Shown here: positions 20,045-30,881 of the stretch, one piece after another
Layout: every line of letters begins with the position of its first letter
Position numbering within the stretch: the first letter of the stretch is position 1
From: a virus
Taxonomy: Duplodnaviria > Caudoviricetes
IMG/VR virus record: IMGVR_UViG_3300033067_000212
Span: 1-46,004 of that record
Length of the DNA stretch: 46,004 nucleotides
Reading direction: 5' to 3' (one strand)
Translations under genes and position numbers: made by a program
Notes under the pieces: generated by a model
Told to the model about the DNA's origin: nothing
Database searches by the model: none
What the model saw: only the letters and a program-made list of their open reading frames with translations

Positions 20045-22063
20045 TTAAGTAGCTGTGGTAACTGCTGTCCAATCAGTAGCACCATCTGTGTTCACGTACA
20101 TACGAGTACTAGTAGAAGAACCATCAGACCTAAGGTATAGAGAACCCTTAGCTGCTGATAGTGTGGGTACTCCTGACCCGAAGAAGACACCAAAGTTAGG
20201 TGTAGCAGATACCGCTAGACCGGCCCCAGTTGAGCCACCAGCGGGGATTGCTGTGTTGGCGTGGGATACTACTGTACCACCGAAGAAACCAGCCCCTGCG
20301 TTTCCTAGACCCCCTGCGTTGCGAATGGCACCAGTAGTGGTACTCGTAGCAGCAGTAGTGTATGCAAAGTCTGTATGACCGAAGGAAATTGTAGATGGTG
20401 TAACAGTGATAGCTGAGATAGAATTAGGGAAGTCGTATAGTACGAAATTATGGAATGAATCTTTATAGAGATTCCACTTGGAAGTACTGTTATCTTGGAA
20501 TGTGAAACCTACTGATTCGCCACTATTAGCAGTGTTGTAAATTACAGCAGCAATATCACCACCGTTGTTAGCTTTGAAGTTACTGTTACCTGCTGTGACA
20601 ACAATACCGTTATTCATGTATGGCGCACTGGCAAAGGTAGGAGTGCCTGTGAATGCAGGTGATGCATTAAGTACGTTGAAACCAGTACCTGTACTAGTAG
20701 TAGTACCAGTACCACCCATATTGATGTTTAATGGTAGGTTGATAGTGTATGGATTGTTACCTAGAACGATGGAACCAGAATCGATGTTTGATGTATTCAT
20801 CAATTCTGTAGTGACATTTTGGAATGAGTTACCAACTAATGTTACACCATAGCATGTACTAGCAAAGTCTACACCAACATCCATTCCTTCGAATAGAACA
20901 CCAGTGATACTGATACCAGAATTAAAGGCACCACTTAATTTAATACACTTACCACCACTGCCTAAAGTGAATCCATTGATAGATCCACCATGCATTGTAA
21001 AGCCATGGACGTTTCGGATATCAATCCAAGTACCACCTACAGTAGCATCAGCAAAGATGCAAGAAATTAGATTAAGATTCTTAGCTTGCTTATTGGTAGT
21101 GACTTCGATACCAGATGGAATGTTATTGTAACCTAGTTCAAAGTTAGAAGAGATAATGGACCAACCAGTGGTTGGGTTTACGATTGCGTGCCCTACGTTA
21201 GCAATGGTTGTACATTTTTCTACAGTGATTACATTGTTCTCACCTGTATCACCATCCTCTAACCCAACCCATGGGTTAATAGAATGGGCAATCAGACACT
21301 CTTTGAAGTATACATCAACATTGTTTTTTAAGTACCAAACACGGGCACAAGTAAACGGAGCATAACCTTGTTTGTAGAATTGAATTCGATTGAAGGTGTT
21401 ACCACTTCCAGATGGTGTAGCAGTAGAGCAATCAAAGCAAGTACCAGAGAATGATCCTGATGTGTAAACTACTTGGAAGTTATCACAAGTGATACCACGA
21501 CCATCAGTAAAGTTAAAGATGTTTCCAGATCCTGATCCTGTAAAATAGAATACAGTACCTGAGTTAGCTAGGTAAAGTAGATCCTTACCACCAACACCTA
21601 GTAGTGTTATATTACGTAGGTTGGCTTGACCTATAGTACTAGTGATATAGTACTTACCTCTTGGGAATAAGAGGACACCACCCGTAGCGTTAACAGCACT
21701 AATAGCGGTATTGATATAACTAGTAACATCAGAAGTAGAAGTGTATGCTTGGATTGCAGCATGTAGATTAACAGGAATGTAGTCTAGGATATTGTAGTAA
21801 ATGATATTGCTATTAGTGATGATACTAACAGGACCAGTGATATCCTGTAATCGTACAGCATCTGTAGATTGAGTTGGTGTAGGAAGATTGAGGATATGAT
21901 GACCATTCATATCCAAACTTGATTGCATTGCATTAGGGGAAGTCCCATCACGAGATAGGGTTTTCTCCATAGCAGTCTGAATAGCAGCCATGTTGTTGTT
22001 GATATTAGCAACAGCACTTGACTGGTTATTGAGATTAACAAGTGGAGTGTAAGTAAATTTCAT
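20045..22063 (-). CDS. tail fibre/tailspike with pectate-lyase-like beta-helix
   Basis: Anchor LSRDGTSPNAM..LDMNGHHILNLP, AINTAIS-like..GGVLLFPRGKY entry to the beta-helix, C-terminal GSLYLRSDG..MYV module. Confidence 0.85.
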   Translation of the reverse strand: MKFTYTPLVNLNNQSSAVANINNNMAAIQTAMEKTLSRDGTSPNAMQSSLDMNGHHILNLPTPTQSTDAVRLQDITGPVSIITNSNIIYYNILDYIPVNLHAAIQAYTSTSDVTSYINTAISAVNATGGVLLFPRGKYYITSTIGQANLRNITLLGVGGKDLLYLANSGTVFYFTGSGSGNIFNFTDGRGITCDNFQVVYTSGSFSGTCFDCSTATPSGSGNTFNRIQFYKQGYAPFTCARVWYLKNNVDVYFKECLIAHSINPWVGLEDGDTGENNVITVEKCTTIANVGHAIVNPTTGWSIISSNFELGYNNIPSGIEVTTNKQAKNLNLISCIFADATVGGTWIDIRNVHGFTMHGGSINGFTLGSGGKCIKLSGAFNSGISITGVLFEGMDVGVDFASTCYGVTLVGNSFQNVTTELMNTSNIDSGSIVLGNNPYTINLPLNINMGGTGTTTSTGTGFNVLNASPAFTGTPTFASAPYMNNGIVVTAGNSNFKANNGGDIAAVIYNTANSGESVGFTFQDNSTSKWNLYKDSFHNFVLYDFPNSISAITVTPSTISFGHTDFAYTTAATSTTTGAIRNAGGLGNAGAGFFGGTVVSHANTAIPAGGSTGAGLAVSATPNFGVFFGSGVPTLSAAKGSLYLRSDGSSTSTRMYVNTDGATDWTAVTTAT

Positions 22064-22086
22064 AAAGGAACTTCCCCTAAGTTAGA

Positions 22087-22626
22087 TTAGCTGATTAGAG
22101 CTACGTTAGAAACAAGAGCGTTAGGGCGATACTTTACCTGAAGAACGATACGTCCAGCAGAGAATGTACCTACGCGCTTAGCAGTTAGTAGACCAGCATC
22201 AGTAGTAATAGTACCAACGAGGGCACCGATACCTGCTGTAGCAGCTGGTAGGATAGCTGAAACACTCCACTGAGTGGTTTCACCTACAGCGTCACATGAA
22301 GCAAGTAGGGCAGCGTTTACGATACCTGTGGTGCTTAGTGCAGTTGTACGATCTAGTTTGTAAAGACCGACTGTGTAAGATGTACCACCAGCAGCGGCAA
22401 TCTCAGCAACAGCCTTTACTTCTACGATCTGTGAACCCTTGGGAATAACTACGTTATCCGCAATGATTGTACCATCAGTAGTAGGGATTGTAGTTAGGTC
22501 GATTTCGACCTCAACAGTCTTGACACCACCGGTATCGACGCCACCATAAGTGCCGCCTTGAATCTGAGTCGCCTCAGTAACACCAGTCTTAATGTAAAGA
22601 CCATCAGAATTAAGCCATGTACCCAT
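22087..22626 (-). CDS. minor capsid / decoration protein
   Basis: WLNSDGL N-terminus, beta-rich, directly after the major capsid gene. Confidence 0.6.
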   Translation of the reverse strand: MGTWLNSDGLYIKTGVTEATQIQGGTYGGVDTGGVKTVEVEIDLTTIPTTDGTIIADNVVIPKGSQIVEVKAVAEIAAAGGTSYTVGLYKLDRTTALSTTGIVNAALLASCDAVGETTQWSVSAILPAATAGIGALVGTITTDAGLLTAKRVGTFSAGRIVLQVKYRPNALVSNVALIS

Positions 22627-22640
22627 AATTATACCTCCAA

Positions 22641-23588
22641 TTATACCTGATCAGTGTCAGTTACGACAACTACCATGTTTTCTGGACGGTATAGCTTGAA
22701 GCCATAGCGGCAAGTCGTAACATACTCGTCCTGCTGACGATCCTTGTTGTAGCTTGAGTCTACAGTAGGAGCCTGACGGATAGCACCGATAAAAGGAACT
22801 ACGTCTGGTGCAGCAGAGAAGAAGAGGTTGTTAACGCCAACAGTAGAAGTTACTGAGTTGATAGTTTCTGAAGCAGAATTGCTCTTTAGGTTCTGCGAAG
22901 TATAGACATCGAAACCGTAGATGTTCTTTACGAAACGCATACCTGAAGAGATACCACTAGAGACAATACCTTCCCACTGTGGGTTATTACTTACGTTTGA
23001 AATATTGGTAATTGTATTGACAGCGTACTCGACTGAAGGATCGACGATAGCTACGAGATTAGTAGCTGGTACGTTAGCCTTCTGAAGAGCGTATAGTGCA
23101 CGAGCAAAATCGTTTACTGACATTGTCTCGTTAGTACCGGAACCGATGAAGCGATGCTTTGCACCGTTGATCTGGTTATCGCTATTGAGAGTCTGAGCAC
23201 CAGGACCGAGGGCTAGAATCGCAGCTTCCATGGACTTCATGATAGCGCGATTCTGCTTTGGTACGAATGAAGAGACTAGCTGTGACATGACATAGCTATC
23301 CTGCTTCATCTTATTAGTGATAGCAGTAGCAGATGCCTTGTAGTCTGTGATGGAGAAGGTGAAGTTACCAGTATCCATCGCAGTGTAACGAATTGCCTGA
23401 CCTTCAGCGTAATCGTAGACCTCAGCCTGACCGATTGATGGGATGTTAAGTGTATCACCATCAGGGAAGTCAGTAATGAGATCAACGTAGCTCATGGCCA
23501 TTAGATCGTCTAGAAGCACTTCTTTAAGCTGAGTGCTCCAAAGACTGGAACGGATAAGATGATCCGTTGCGTTAGTTTGAAATGCCAT
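22641..23588 (-). CDS. major capsid protein
   Basis: LIRSSLWS, FPDGDTLNIPSIG, IYGFDVYTS and RYGFKLYRPEN; strong GGAG RBS. Confidence 0.9.
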   Translation of the reverse strand: MAFQTNATDHLIRSSLWSTQLKEVLLDDLMAMSYVDLITDFPDGDTLNIPSIGQAEVYDYAEGQAIRYTAMDTGNFTFSITDYKASATAITNKMKQDSYVMSQLVSSFVPKQNRAIMKSMEAAILALGPGAQTLNSDNQINGAKHRFIGSGTNETMSVNDFARALYALQKANVPATNLVAIVDPSVEYAVNTITNISNVSNNPQWEGIVSSGISSGMRFVKNIYGFDVYTSQNLKSNSASETINSVTSTVGVNNLFFSAAPDVVPFIGAIRQAPTVDSSYNKDRQQDEYVTTCRYGFKLYRPENMVVVVTDTDQV

Positions 23589-23602
23589 TAATTAACTCCT
23601 AA

Positions 23603-24340
23603 TTACTTTGGAATATCTAGCTTACCCTCCATAGCTAGACGGTGGATTTCGGATTGGGTCTTGCGTGAGAAATAAAGGCTAGGGTTTTCTTTACGCAATT
23701 TTTCAAAGTGCTTCCAATCACGTTCACCAAGATTGTTTGGATTGGAAGTTGGAGCAACACCACCACGAGGGGGTGGAGAATACTCACTACCTTTAGATTC
23801 ACGAATCTCTAGAAGGCGAAGCAAGGCATCTGGATGTGTCTTACCTAGATTATCAATAAACGCTTCTGAAACCTCTAGCTGCTGCGCTGCAACCTTTAGC
23901 TTCTCTGGAAAGTTAGGACCCCAATGCTTAGCAAGCTCTTGCTTGACTTTGCTTAGGTTATTAGTTTCCTCTTGTTTGCGCATACGTTCATTGAATTGCT
24001 CTTCTACGATGCGATTAATATCTTCAGGCTTTATACTTTTATCTTCTACCCGTTCACTAGGAGCTTGTAGGCTTGTAGGTGTTGGCGTAGTAGGTGCTTG
24101 GGATGAGGAAGTCTTCATCTTGTCGATGAACTGTTCCATAGTTAGTCGTCGGTCTAGTTCTTTGCGAAGGTCATCCTGTTCACGTTCGAGCTTCTTGATA
24201 TGCTCTTCCTTCTTTCGTGTAGCGTAAGCTAATGCTTGCTGATCACGATAAGGCTTCCCTTCACCAACTAGTTCTGAAAAATGATCTGCATTAGGGTCGA
24301 TAGGTAGCAGAGTAGTATCATTCTTAGTAAATAAATCCAT
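23603..24340 (-). CDS. capsid scaffolding protein
   Basis: LVGEGKPY, charged coiled coils, lies just upstream of the capsid gene. Confidence 0.8.
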   Translation of the reverse strand: MDLFTKNDTTLLPIDPNADHFSELVGEGKPYRDQQALAYATRKKEEHIKKLEREQDDLRKELDRRLTMEQFIDKMKTSSSQAPTTPTPTSLQAPSERVEDKSIKPEDINRIVEEQFNERMRKQEETNNLSKVKQELAKHWGPNFPEKLKVAAQQLEVSEAFIDNLGKTHPDALLRLLEIRESKGSEYSPPPRGGVAPTSNPNNLGERDWKHFEKLRKENPSLYFSRKTQSEIHRLAMEGKLDIPK

Positions 24341-24594
24341 TAGGATTGGTCTCCAATCAGGGTTAGGACTTTTGTCAGTCCTTCTTTTAATCCATTATTA
24401 TGAGCTTGTTTATAAGCCCATGCTGGGTTACTATAATCGGTATTCTTATCTAGAGTAGCAATCTCTTCTTTGATCAATTCTCTTAGTCGTTTAAAGGTCT
24501 TGTCGCCTTCTAGAATTGTCTGATAGGAAACCAGCTGTGATTTTTGCTGGTCCCTATCTTTAATATTGCTAACCCATACGATGGGTAGTTTCAT
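24340..24594 (-). CDS. hypothetical protein between portal and scaffold
   Basis: DYSNPAWAYKQAHNNG motif; overlapping start/stop with the scaffold gene. Confidence 0.75.
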   Translation of the reverse strand: MKLPIVWVSNIKDRDQQKSQLVSYQTILEGDKTFKRLRELIKEEIATLDKNTDYSNPAWAYKQAHNNGLKEGLTKVLTLIGDQS

Positions 24595-24597
24595 TTG

Positions 24598-26397
24598 TTA
24601 TCCATTCAATAGGGCAGGATCAGCATCACCAGGAAGGTGATTAGTAGGTGTTGAGGACACCATGGCTACATCCTGTTGTGCAGAAGCTTGCATCTTTGCA
24701 GCATCAGCTTGTTCTGAGATACGGATGAAAGGCATTACAATCTGATCATCATCTAGATTGAGTAATTCTTCCCACATCTTAGCTAGCTTAGTACTAGAGA
24801 AATGCATTAGGATCGCAGGATCAGAACCAGCACGAGAATTAAAGAAGTTGTTTAAGTCTTGTACTTTAAGGGAACGCTCTGCAAAGTGTCGAGCAGCAAC
24901 TGGTTTAATACGACCAGCACCTGTAATATCTTCTGCTGAAACAATACGGAAATCAGCAATCTTTAGTTCAGTATCAAACACTCGGATGGTTGTCTTATCT
25001 ACCATTCGTCGTGCTAATTCTAACATTGCATTGAGAATGTTCTCAGTGATTTGACGTTCGAATTGATTAATCTTATTTTGAAAGATACGACCTGCTGCTA
25101 GTTCTAGACGCTGTACTTCATACATTGTCTTCTCACCAGGAGTACGGAAGCCTGATGCTTCGCGTGGTGAACCAGCCATCTCTTCCATTTTAGCTTCTAG
25201 TTCCTTAATCTGCGTGTCAGCAGAAAGGACTTGAGAATCAATGGTAATAGGAACAACGTCTCCACTATCACCACAATAGATGCGTTCGAATGGTCCCCAA
25301 TCAAAGTCTTCTACATGTCCTTTGATCTTTAAGACAGGTAGTGCAGTTAAATCAAATACGTCAGCTTTTAAGTTTTCTAAATGATCGATGCGGTATTGCA
25401 TACCCACTAGGTTGTCTAGTGGACCCATAGCCCAGAGGTTATCTGGACGAACACGCCAACCCGCATGATAGATAGGTGCGGCACCAAAGTAAGAAGGATT
25501 AGGCCGCTTAGATAAAAGCTTATGACGATCAACTACACGGATCTCGTGGTTACGAAGATAAGTCCTAGTGTTGACATCATAGATATCACCATAGAAGGTG
25601 AGTAGTTCTACTGTACTAGAAGATAGATAATCAGAGAAAGAATCGAAGCCAGCGATATCGTATAATGCATCTTTAGTAATAGTAGTTCCTACATGAGAAG
25701 AACAATTACTACGTACTTCTAACATGTAGTCTATTAGTAGCTTAGCATCTTCCCGTTGGTCTTCTGGGAAAGAGTTAGCTTCAATCATCTCTTGTACTTC
25801 ACCTATAGAAATATAAGAACGAATGATCTTAGGTGCTTCTAAGAATGAAGGTGATGTTGGATTGAATACGATATCGAGTGGAGAGATACGACGGAATACT
25901 GGACCGACATATCCTACTCGTTCTTTCTTATTATCAGAAGCAGTCTGGGTCTTGTCTACCCATTCTGGCATTACGAATACGTTTCCATAATCGATGTAGT
26001 CATAAACTGCTTTGACCATCTCATCGTAGAATTCATTACGATCAGCTACCCAACGCATATAGTTCTCAATGGTTTCAACCTTACTATAGGTTTCGTCATG
26101 AGCTTCCTCACCTTCCCACTTCATCCATTGACGACGAGGAAACATAGAGGCAATATAGTTAGCATGAAGGTTGTCTCTGATTTGACAGAGCTTAGGGATA
26201 GTAGTTTTGTTAGACCAAGGGAGTTTAGCATTAGAGGTCTTAGTAGTATCAGTAGCAAAGATGTACTGTTGAATCTCCTGCCATTCTCGTACCTTAGCAG
26301 CACGAGCATTCTCCCAAGTCTGATAGTTACGAGCAATCTCACAACCCAATGTATCAGGTGTTAGAATGGTTTCTAGCTCTAAAACTTTTCCAGCCAT
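24598..26397 (-). CDS. portal protein
   Basis: LPWSNKTTIPKLCQIRDNLHANY, RISPLDIVFNP, MGPLDNLVGMQYRIDHLEN, RTPGEKT. Confidence 0.9.
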   Translation of the reverse strand: MAGKVLELETILTPDTLGCEIARNYQTWENARAAKVREWQEIQQYIFATDTTKTSNAKLPWSNKTTIPKLCQIRDNLHANYIASMFPRRQWMKWEGEEAHDETYSKVETIENYMRWVADRNEFYDEMVKAVYDYIDYGNVFVMPEWVDKTQTASDNKKERVGYVGPVFRRISPLDIVFNPTSPSFLEAPKIIRSYISIGEVQEMIEANSFPEDQREDAKLLIDYMLEVRSNCSSHVGTTITKDALYDIAGFDSFSDYLSSSTVELLTFYGDIYDVNTRTYLRNHEIRVVDRHKLLSKRPNPSYFGAAPIYHAGWRVRPDNLWAMGPLDNLVGMQYRIDHLENLKADVFDLTALPVLKIKGHVEDFDWGPFERIYCGDSGDVVPITIDSQVLSADTQIKELEAKMEEMAGSPREASGFRTPGEKTMYEVQRLELAAGRIFQNKINQFERQITENILNAMLELARRMVDKTTIRVFDTELKIADFRIVSAEDITGAGRIKPVAARHFAERSLKVQDLNNFFNSRAGSDPAILMHFSSTKLAKMWEELLNLDDDQIVMPFIRISEQADAAKMQASAQQDVAMVSSTPTNHLPGDADPALLNG

Positions 26398-27962
26398 TAG
26401 TATCCGCCAAATCTAGGGTTATAAGAAACTTGAGCTTTGCGTTCATGTGATATCGTATTATTGCCTATGAATGATGGGGCTACCATAATTTCCATACATG
26501 AAGCTAAAGCGTCTTTAATATCGTCGTGTTGTGGACGTTGGTTTACTAGTTCTTCTTCTAGTAGTTCACAGTTACCACCAAGATAATGCCACATTTGTTT
26601 ATTGACATACTTAGATTGTAAGGCAGCTGCGATACGTTCTTCTTTAGAACCCCTCTTAGGATTGTTATCATCTAGAGAAAGAGCTAAACCATATCGTCTA
26701 ATGTAATTCTCTTTTATATCTTTAACGATCATACTCTGAGCTTGAGTCACCTCGGCTCTTAGTTTGTTGTATCCCCACTTCATATGAGTTCGTAGGATAC
26801 GATCAAAGTATTCAGAGATTAAGTTAGTCTTGAATCGTTCGATATCGAGAACATAATAGTTATTCTCTCTATCGATGCCTACGACAACAAGAGCAGTATA
26901 GTCTGCTTCTTTACGTAGGGAGAAAGCGAAATCGATAGAAGCAAAGACATTAAGTCGATTTGCACCGTAGTACCATTTACCTGACTTCTGATTTAGAAGT
27001 GACTTGTTGTAGTACTGAAACATAGAAGACTTAATTGTTGAAGAGCCGGCATCGTTAGGGTTGTTGTAATACTGCGCTCTAAACTTAACTAAGTCTGCGT
27101 ATTGTGCTTTCTTCTTAGAGAGAATGTTTCTATCGAACCCAAACCACTTGCCATCTGGGCGTTGCTGCCTTGGCCATAGGAACTGTCCAGTTCCATCTCC
27201 TTGATCTTCTACTTGTCGTTCAAAGACTTCGTATAGTGGTTCAGTAGCGATGACATCACCGTCATCATTGTATAGTTCATAGTTCATTGAGTACATATCA
27301 CCATACAAATCCTTTGGATGGTAACGAGTACCTACCGCCCATAGGCGGCCATCTGCACCAGCGATAGATGCTAAGTAAGATACTTGATCACGTACCTTAG
27401 TACGTCCTGCTTCGTCATAAGCAGTCTCATCAATTACAACGTCATCAAGTACAGCAATATCACAATGAAGACCAGTAATTGTGGTAGTAAGGCCAGCAGT
27501 GAAGATAGTAGGATCTCGAATAAGCTCTTCTTCACGTAGTGGGTGATCGACATGAATTTCTGTTTCCGTCCACTTAGATCGCTTACCTTCTTCTACATTA
27601 ACCATCTCTGGCCAGTATGTAAGGTAGGTCTTGCTAGTAAGGATATCTTTAATAAACTTTAGCTGTTTGATAGCTAGTTTGCTAGTAGAAGAGATGTAAA
27701 GAATTCTGATAGCAGGGTTCTTAGTAATCTCCCAGGCTACTCGATAAGCGATCATAGCAGACTTCTGGTGATCTCGTGGGAGTAGTACTAATTGATGGGA
27801 CTTAGCTTCTGGTCTTGTCCACCATTGGATTAGTTCTTTATGTACGTGACCTAGTACACGATTAGGATGGATAAGAGCGATAAACGATTCTAAGTCTCGT
27901 AGTGCTGCTTCTTTATTCAGGTCTTGTTTGGTTTTCTTTGTTGTCACAGAATGGATACTCAC
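26397..27962 (-). CDS. terL: terminase large subunit
   Basis: PRDHQKS (Walker A), TGLHCDIAVLDD (Walker B), GTRYH, SIDFA and HDDIKDA nuclease motifs. Confidence 0.93.
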   Translation of the reverse strand: MSIHSVTTKKTKQDLNKEAALRDLESFIALIHPNRVLGHVHKELIQWWTRPEAKSHQLVLLPRDHQKSAMIAYRVAWEITKNPAIRILYISSTSKLAIKQLKFIKDILTSKTYLTYWPEMVNVEEGKRSKWTETEIHVDHPLREEELIRDPTIFTAGLTTTITGLHCDIAVLDDVVIDETAYDEAGRTKVRDQVSYLASIAGADGRLWAVGTRYHPKDLYGDMYSMNYELYNDDGDVIATEPLYEVFERQVEDQGDGTGQFLWPRQQRPDGKWFGFDRNILSKKKAQYADLVKFRAQYYNNPNDAGSSTIKSSMFQYYNKSLLNQKSGKWYYGANRLNVFASIDFAFSLRKEADYTALVVVGIDRENNYYVLDIERFKTNLISEYFDRILRTHMKWGYNKLRAEVTQAQSMIVKDIKENYIRRYGLALSLDDNNPKRGSKEERIAAALQSKYVNKQMWHYLGGNCELLEEELVNQRPQHDDIKDALASCMEIMVAPSFIGNNTISHERKAQVSYNPRFGGY

Positions 27963-28305
27963 TTCCCATAAATACAGGAGACACCACTCCGGTGCTCAGT
28001 AGTTTTAAATCTAATGATGGTGCTACGTAGATAAAGAAGTTTTCATTATTAGAAGCTGCTTCACGATCAGAGACCAACCTACAAGTTTCATTAGGTAGGT
28101 CTATTAAGGATTGATCTACGTCGTGCTTTGCTATGTTGATAAAGAAACCAGGAATAGTGATAGAAGTATCTTCACCAGTAGGGATTGTAATAGATAGATT
28201 AGGAATAACAGAACCTACCCATTCACCATCTACTACGTAATCAACTAGTGTAGCCTTAGCTTCATCTTCACTAGCAAACATTAAGACATGATCGAAATAA
28301 GACAT
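27913..28305 (-). CDS. hypothetical protein, probable partner of the upstream fibre
   Basis: 130 aa with an AGGA RBS. Confidence 0.65.
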   Translation of the reverse strand: MSYFDHVLMFASEDEAKATLVDYVVDGEWVGSVIPNLSITIPTGEDTSITIPGFFINIAKHDVDQSLIDLPNETCRLVSDREAASNNENFFIYVAPSLDLKLLSTGVVSPVFMGSEYPFCDNKENQTRPE

Positions 28306-28315
28306 ATACGTATCC

Positions 28316-30355
28316 TTAAGTAGTGATAGCCACTAAATCAGCATCTTTACGTCTAGTGCTCCATAGAGCAATCTTAGCAATAACAATGTTAGCTACACCT
28401 ACTGCTGGATTCCAAGAAGCAGAACCAATATAAGCTTTAGTCATTGTCTCTAATGGTGGATTAACACTAGTATCTGGTATAGCAGCAGCACCATTCAATG
28501 AGAAGGAACTATTATTGTGACCGTAATACATAGCTACTTTAGTCAATGCACCATCAAATGTAGGTGTACCAGTAAAAGAAGAAGTTTGATCTATGTTATT
28601 AGAAAGTACTGTACCTTTGACATCACTAACATGATTGATGAAAATAGCTTCAGTAGGATTGTTACTAGTAGGTGATAGGCTAATAAGGTAGCTATTAGTC
28701 GTAGATGTAGAAGGCTTGGTATAGAACTCAGAATATAGTGTGCATTGCTGGAAAGAAGAAGCAGTGGCAATTGTAGTAGTAGTGGGGACTAGATCAGTAT
28801 ATGTATCTAGCTGTTCTAATTGAGAACCCCATAAAGAGAATGTACCACCTGACGTAACAGCTGAATTTCGATATGGATAGATACGAATAGAAGAACAATC
28901 AGCAGGTGTCGTGAATGTAAAATCAAAACGTAGCCATACACCAGAAGTTAGAGTTACATTAGGTACTTGGTTATTATAAAGTAATACGGTATTAGTAATA
29001 TCATAGATAGCAAACTTGTACTCAGCAGAAAGGAACGTACCTAGATTCACATACTGAGAAAAGGTATAAACAGTGTTTGGTGTAACGGGAAAGGTTTGGT
29101 AGAGACATTGATTAGCACTAGTATCAACAGTTATAACATCAGCAGTTAAAGAAGAATCAGGTGCTGTAGCAGTATTAGGTGCTACTGAGACACCAGCAGT
29201 CTTTCCCCACGTAGCGTCATCATAAGAATTAGACTGTAGTGCTAGATTAGTAGTAGTGGTAACCAAACCAGTATTGAAAGCACCAGAAGATAGTAGTGCA
29301 CCGGTATCAGGAGAACGAGTAACTTGTGTTCCTACAGTCGGAATGTAAGAAGAAGCAGCATTTCCTGTTTCTACTTGGATTCCCCAAAGTTGGATAGTAC
29401 CTGAATTTACAGGTGGAGTAGCGAATGATGTAGGTTGCCTATAAGGGAATACACGTAAGTTAGTAGCACCTACGGTAGAAGTGAATGTGAATGATACACG
29501 TGACCACATATTCTGTGGTAACGAAGGCAAAGCTTGAGTGAAGAAGGTAACTGTAGTTTGGTCAGCAATACCAATGACTAAATCGGAAGAAGGAAAGTTA
29601 TTAGGTTTAACATAGAAAGAAAGAGTATAAACTGTACTAGCAGCAACACCAACAGAAATAACCTGATAAAGATATGAGTTAGCGTTACCAGCTGTTTGAT
29701 TGATAGTAACAGCTGTTTTAGTACCGTCTGGTGCATAATCAGAATTGTTGGTAATAGTGATACCACCACCTACATTCCAATTAGCATTGATGTCTTGAGA
29801 ACTGTACACTAGATTAGTGGCTGCTGGTTCTAAGAGAAGACCTAAGGGTTTACCGGTACCTAGCTCATGAGTGAGTCTAGCTGTGTTAACAGCAGCTGTA
29901 TCTACCATTCCTTTATTATTTACGAAGGTAGCTGTTGAAGCACGACTAATAGAAAGATTAGATAGTAGATCCTTATATACAGAACCTTCCTTGTATGTCT
30001 TGTTGACAAAGTCGAACTCTACATTAGCTGTAAAGTTAGAAGGAGGTGTAATTGCAAATGAACCACTAACAATAGTACATCTAGCAGCACCAGTAAATAA
30101 ATTAGTAGTGAATGGTGGAAGACAAATGTTTCTATAGCCTTCAGGAGAGTACGCAGTGGTTTGTTGTGTGGTGGTAGAATCAAGAGTTACTTTAACTAGC
30201 ATAGCACCACAAGGATGATATAGACCCCTATGGATAGCAGGATTACCTTCGACAACATACATAGAACCATCAGGAGCATTGAGACCAGTAAGAGTGGTCC
30301 CATTGACTACTGTGATCCTAAGCGAGCCATCATCTGCGTATAAAAAGTTGGGCAT
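28316..30355 (-). CDS. head spike/fibre-like virion protein with duplicated carbohydrate-binding-like modules
   Basis: SRASTATFVN..GLLLEPAATNL motif and two TNL..S....W..APD modules ending LWGIQVE and LWGSQLE. Confidence 0.7.
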   Translation of the reverse strand: MPNFLYADDGSLRITVVNGTTLTGLNAPDGSMYVVEGNPAIHRGLYHPCGAMLVKVTLDSTTTQQTTAYSPEGYRNICLPPFTTNLFTGAARCTIVSGSFAITPPSNFTANVEFDFVNKTYKEGSVYKDLLSNLSISRASTATFVNNKGMVDTAAVNTARLTHELGTGKPLGLLLEPAATNLVYSSQDINANWNVGGGITITNNSDYAPDGTKTAVTINQTAGNANSYLYQVISVGVAASTVYTLSFYVKPNNFPSSDLVIGIADQTTVTFFTQALPSLPQNMWSRVSFTFTSTVGATNLRVFPYRQPTSFATPPVNSGTIQLWGIQVETGNAASSYIPTVGTQVTRSPDTGALLSSGAFNTGLVTTTTNLALQSNSYDDATWGKTAGVSVAPNTATAPDSSLTADVITVDTSANQCLYQTFPVTPNTVYTFSQYVNLGTFLSAEYKFAIYDITNTVLLYNNQVPNVTLTSGVWLRFDFTFTTPADCSSIRIYPYRNSAVTSGGTFSLWGSQLEQLDTYTDLVPTTTTIATASSFQQCTLYSEFYTKPSTSTTNSYLISLSPTSNNPTEAIFINHVSDVKGTVLSNNIDQTSSFTGTPTFDGALTKVAMYYGHNNSSFSLNGAAAIPDTSVNPPLETMTKAYIGSASWNPAVGVANIVIAKIALWSTRRKDADLVAITT

Positions 30356-30673
30356 CAATACATCCTAAATAGAATTAGCGAAAGAATACGTATGAGTATG
30401 CCGGAGTGATCTGTACGAAGGACTAGCCAAAGGCCGAAGGTCTTTGGGTATGTCCGATCCATCAAGAGGATATCTTCGCGTGAGCCCTTAAGGCGAACGC
30501 AGAAGAGGAGAACTTAAAGGTGATGTTGATATACCCCCTGCCCCCTAGTACAATATAGAACTATTAAGTAACTACTATAGTGATAACTACTAATTGTAAC
30601 CTTAGTAGGTTCAACCCCGGTTTCGTTTCACTCAACCACCCCTTAAGTAAGGGGATATACATTTAATAATGTA

Positions 30674-30702
30674 ATTATACACTAGTGGGAAGTCATTGTC
30701 AA
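30674..30702 (-). promoter_or_regulatory. consensus sigma70 promoter pointing into the structural operon
   Basis: On the - strand, TTGACA-17 nt-TATAAT, a perfect match. Confidence 0.85.
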
Positions 30703-30881
30703 GAGAAATCGTACAAATTGTTAAGAAAATTATGTAGCAAAAATTTTGTGACGTATTTTTAAGGGGTTATTCCTCGCCGCCGCCTACCCCCGGCACCCCC
30801 ATTAACCCTTGTTAACTTAACCTTTTCTTAAATAAATTTAATTTAACTTCATAGATTGTATGAAAATGGGATTCTGAGGGT

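Noticed and set aside
6744-30358. Plus-strand ORFs within the structural operon
   Set aside because: Antisense shadows of well-supported genes, with no recognisable motifs.
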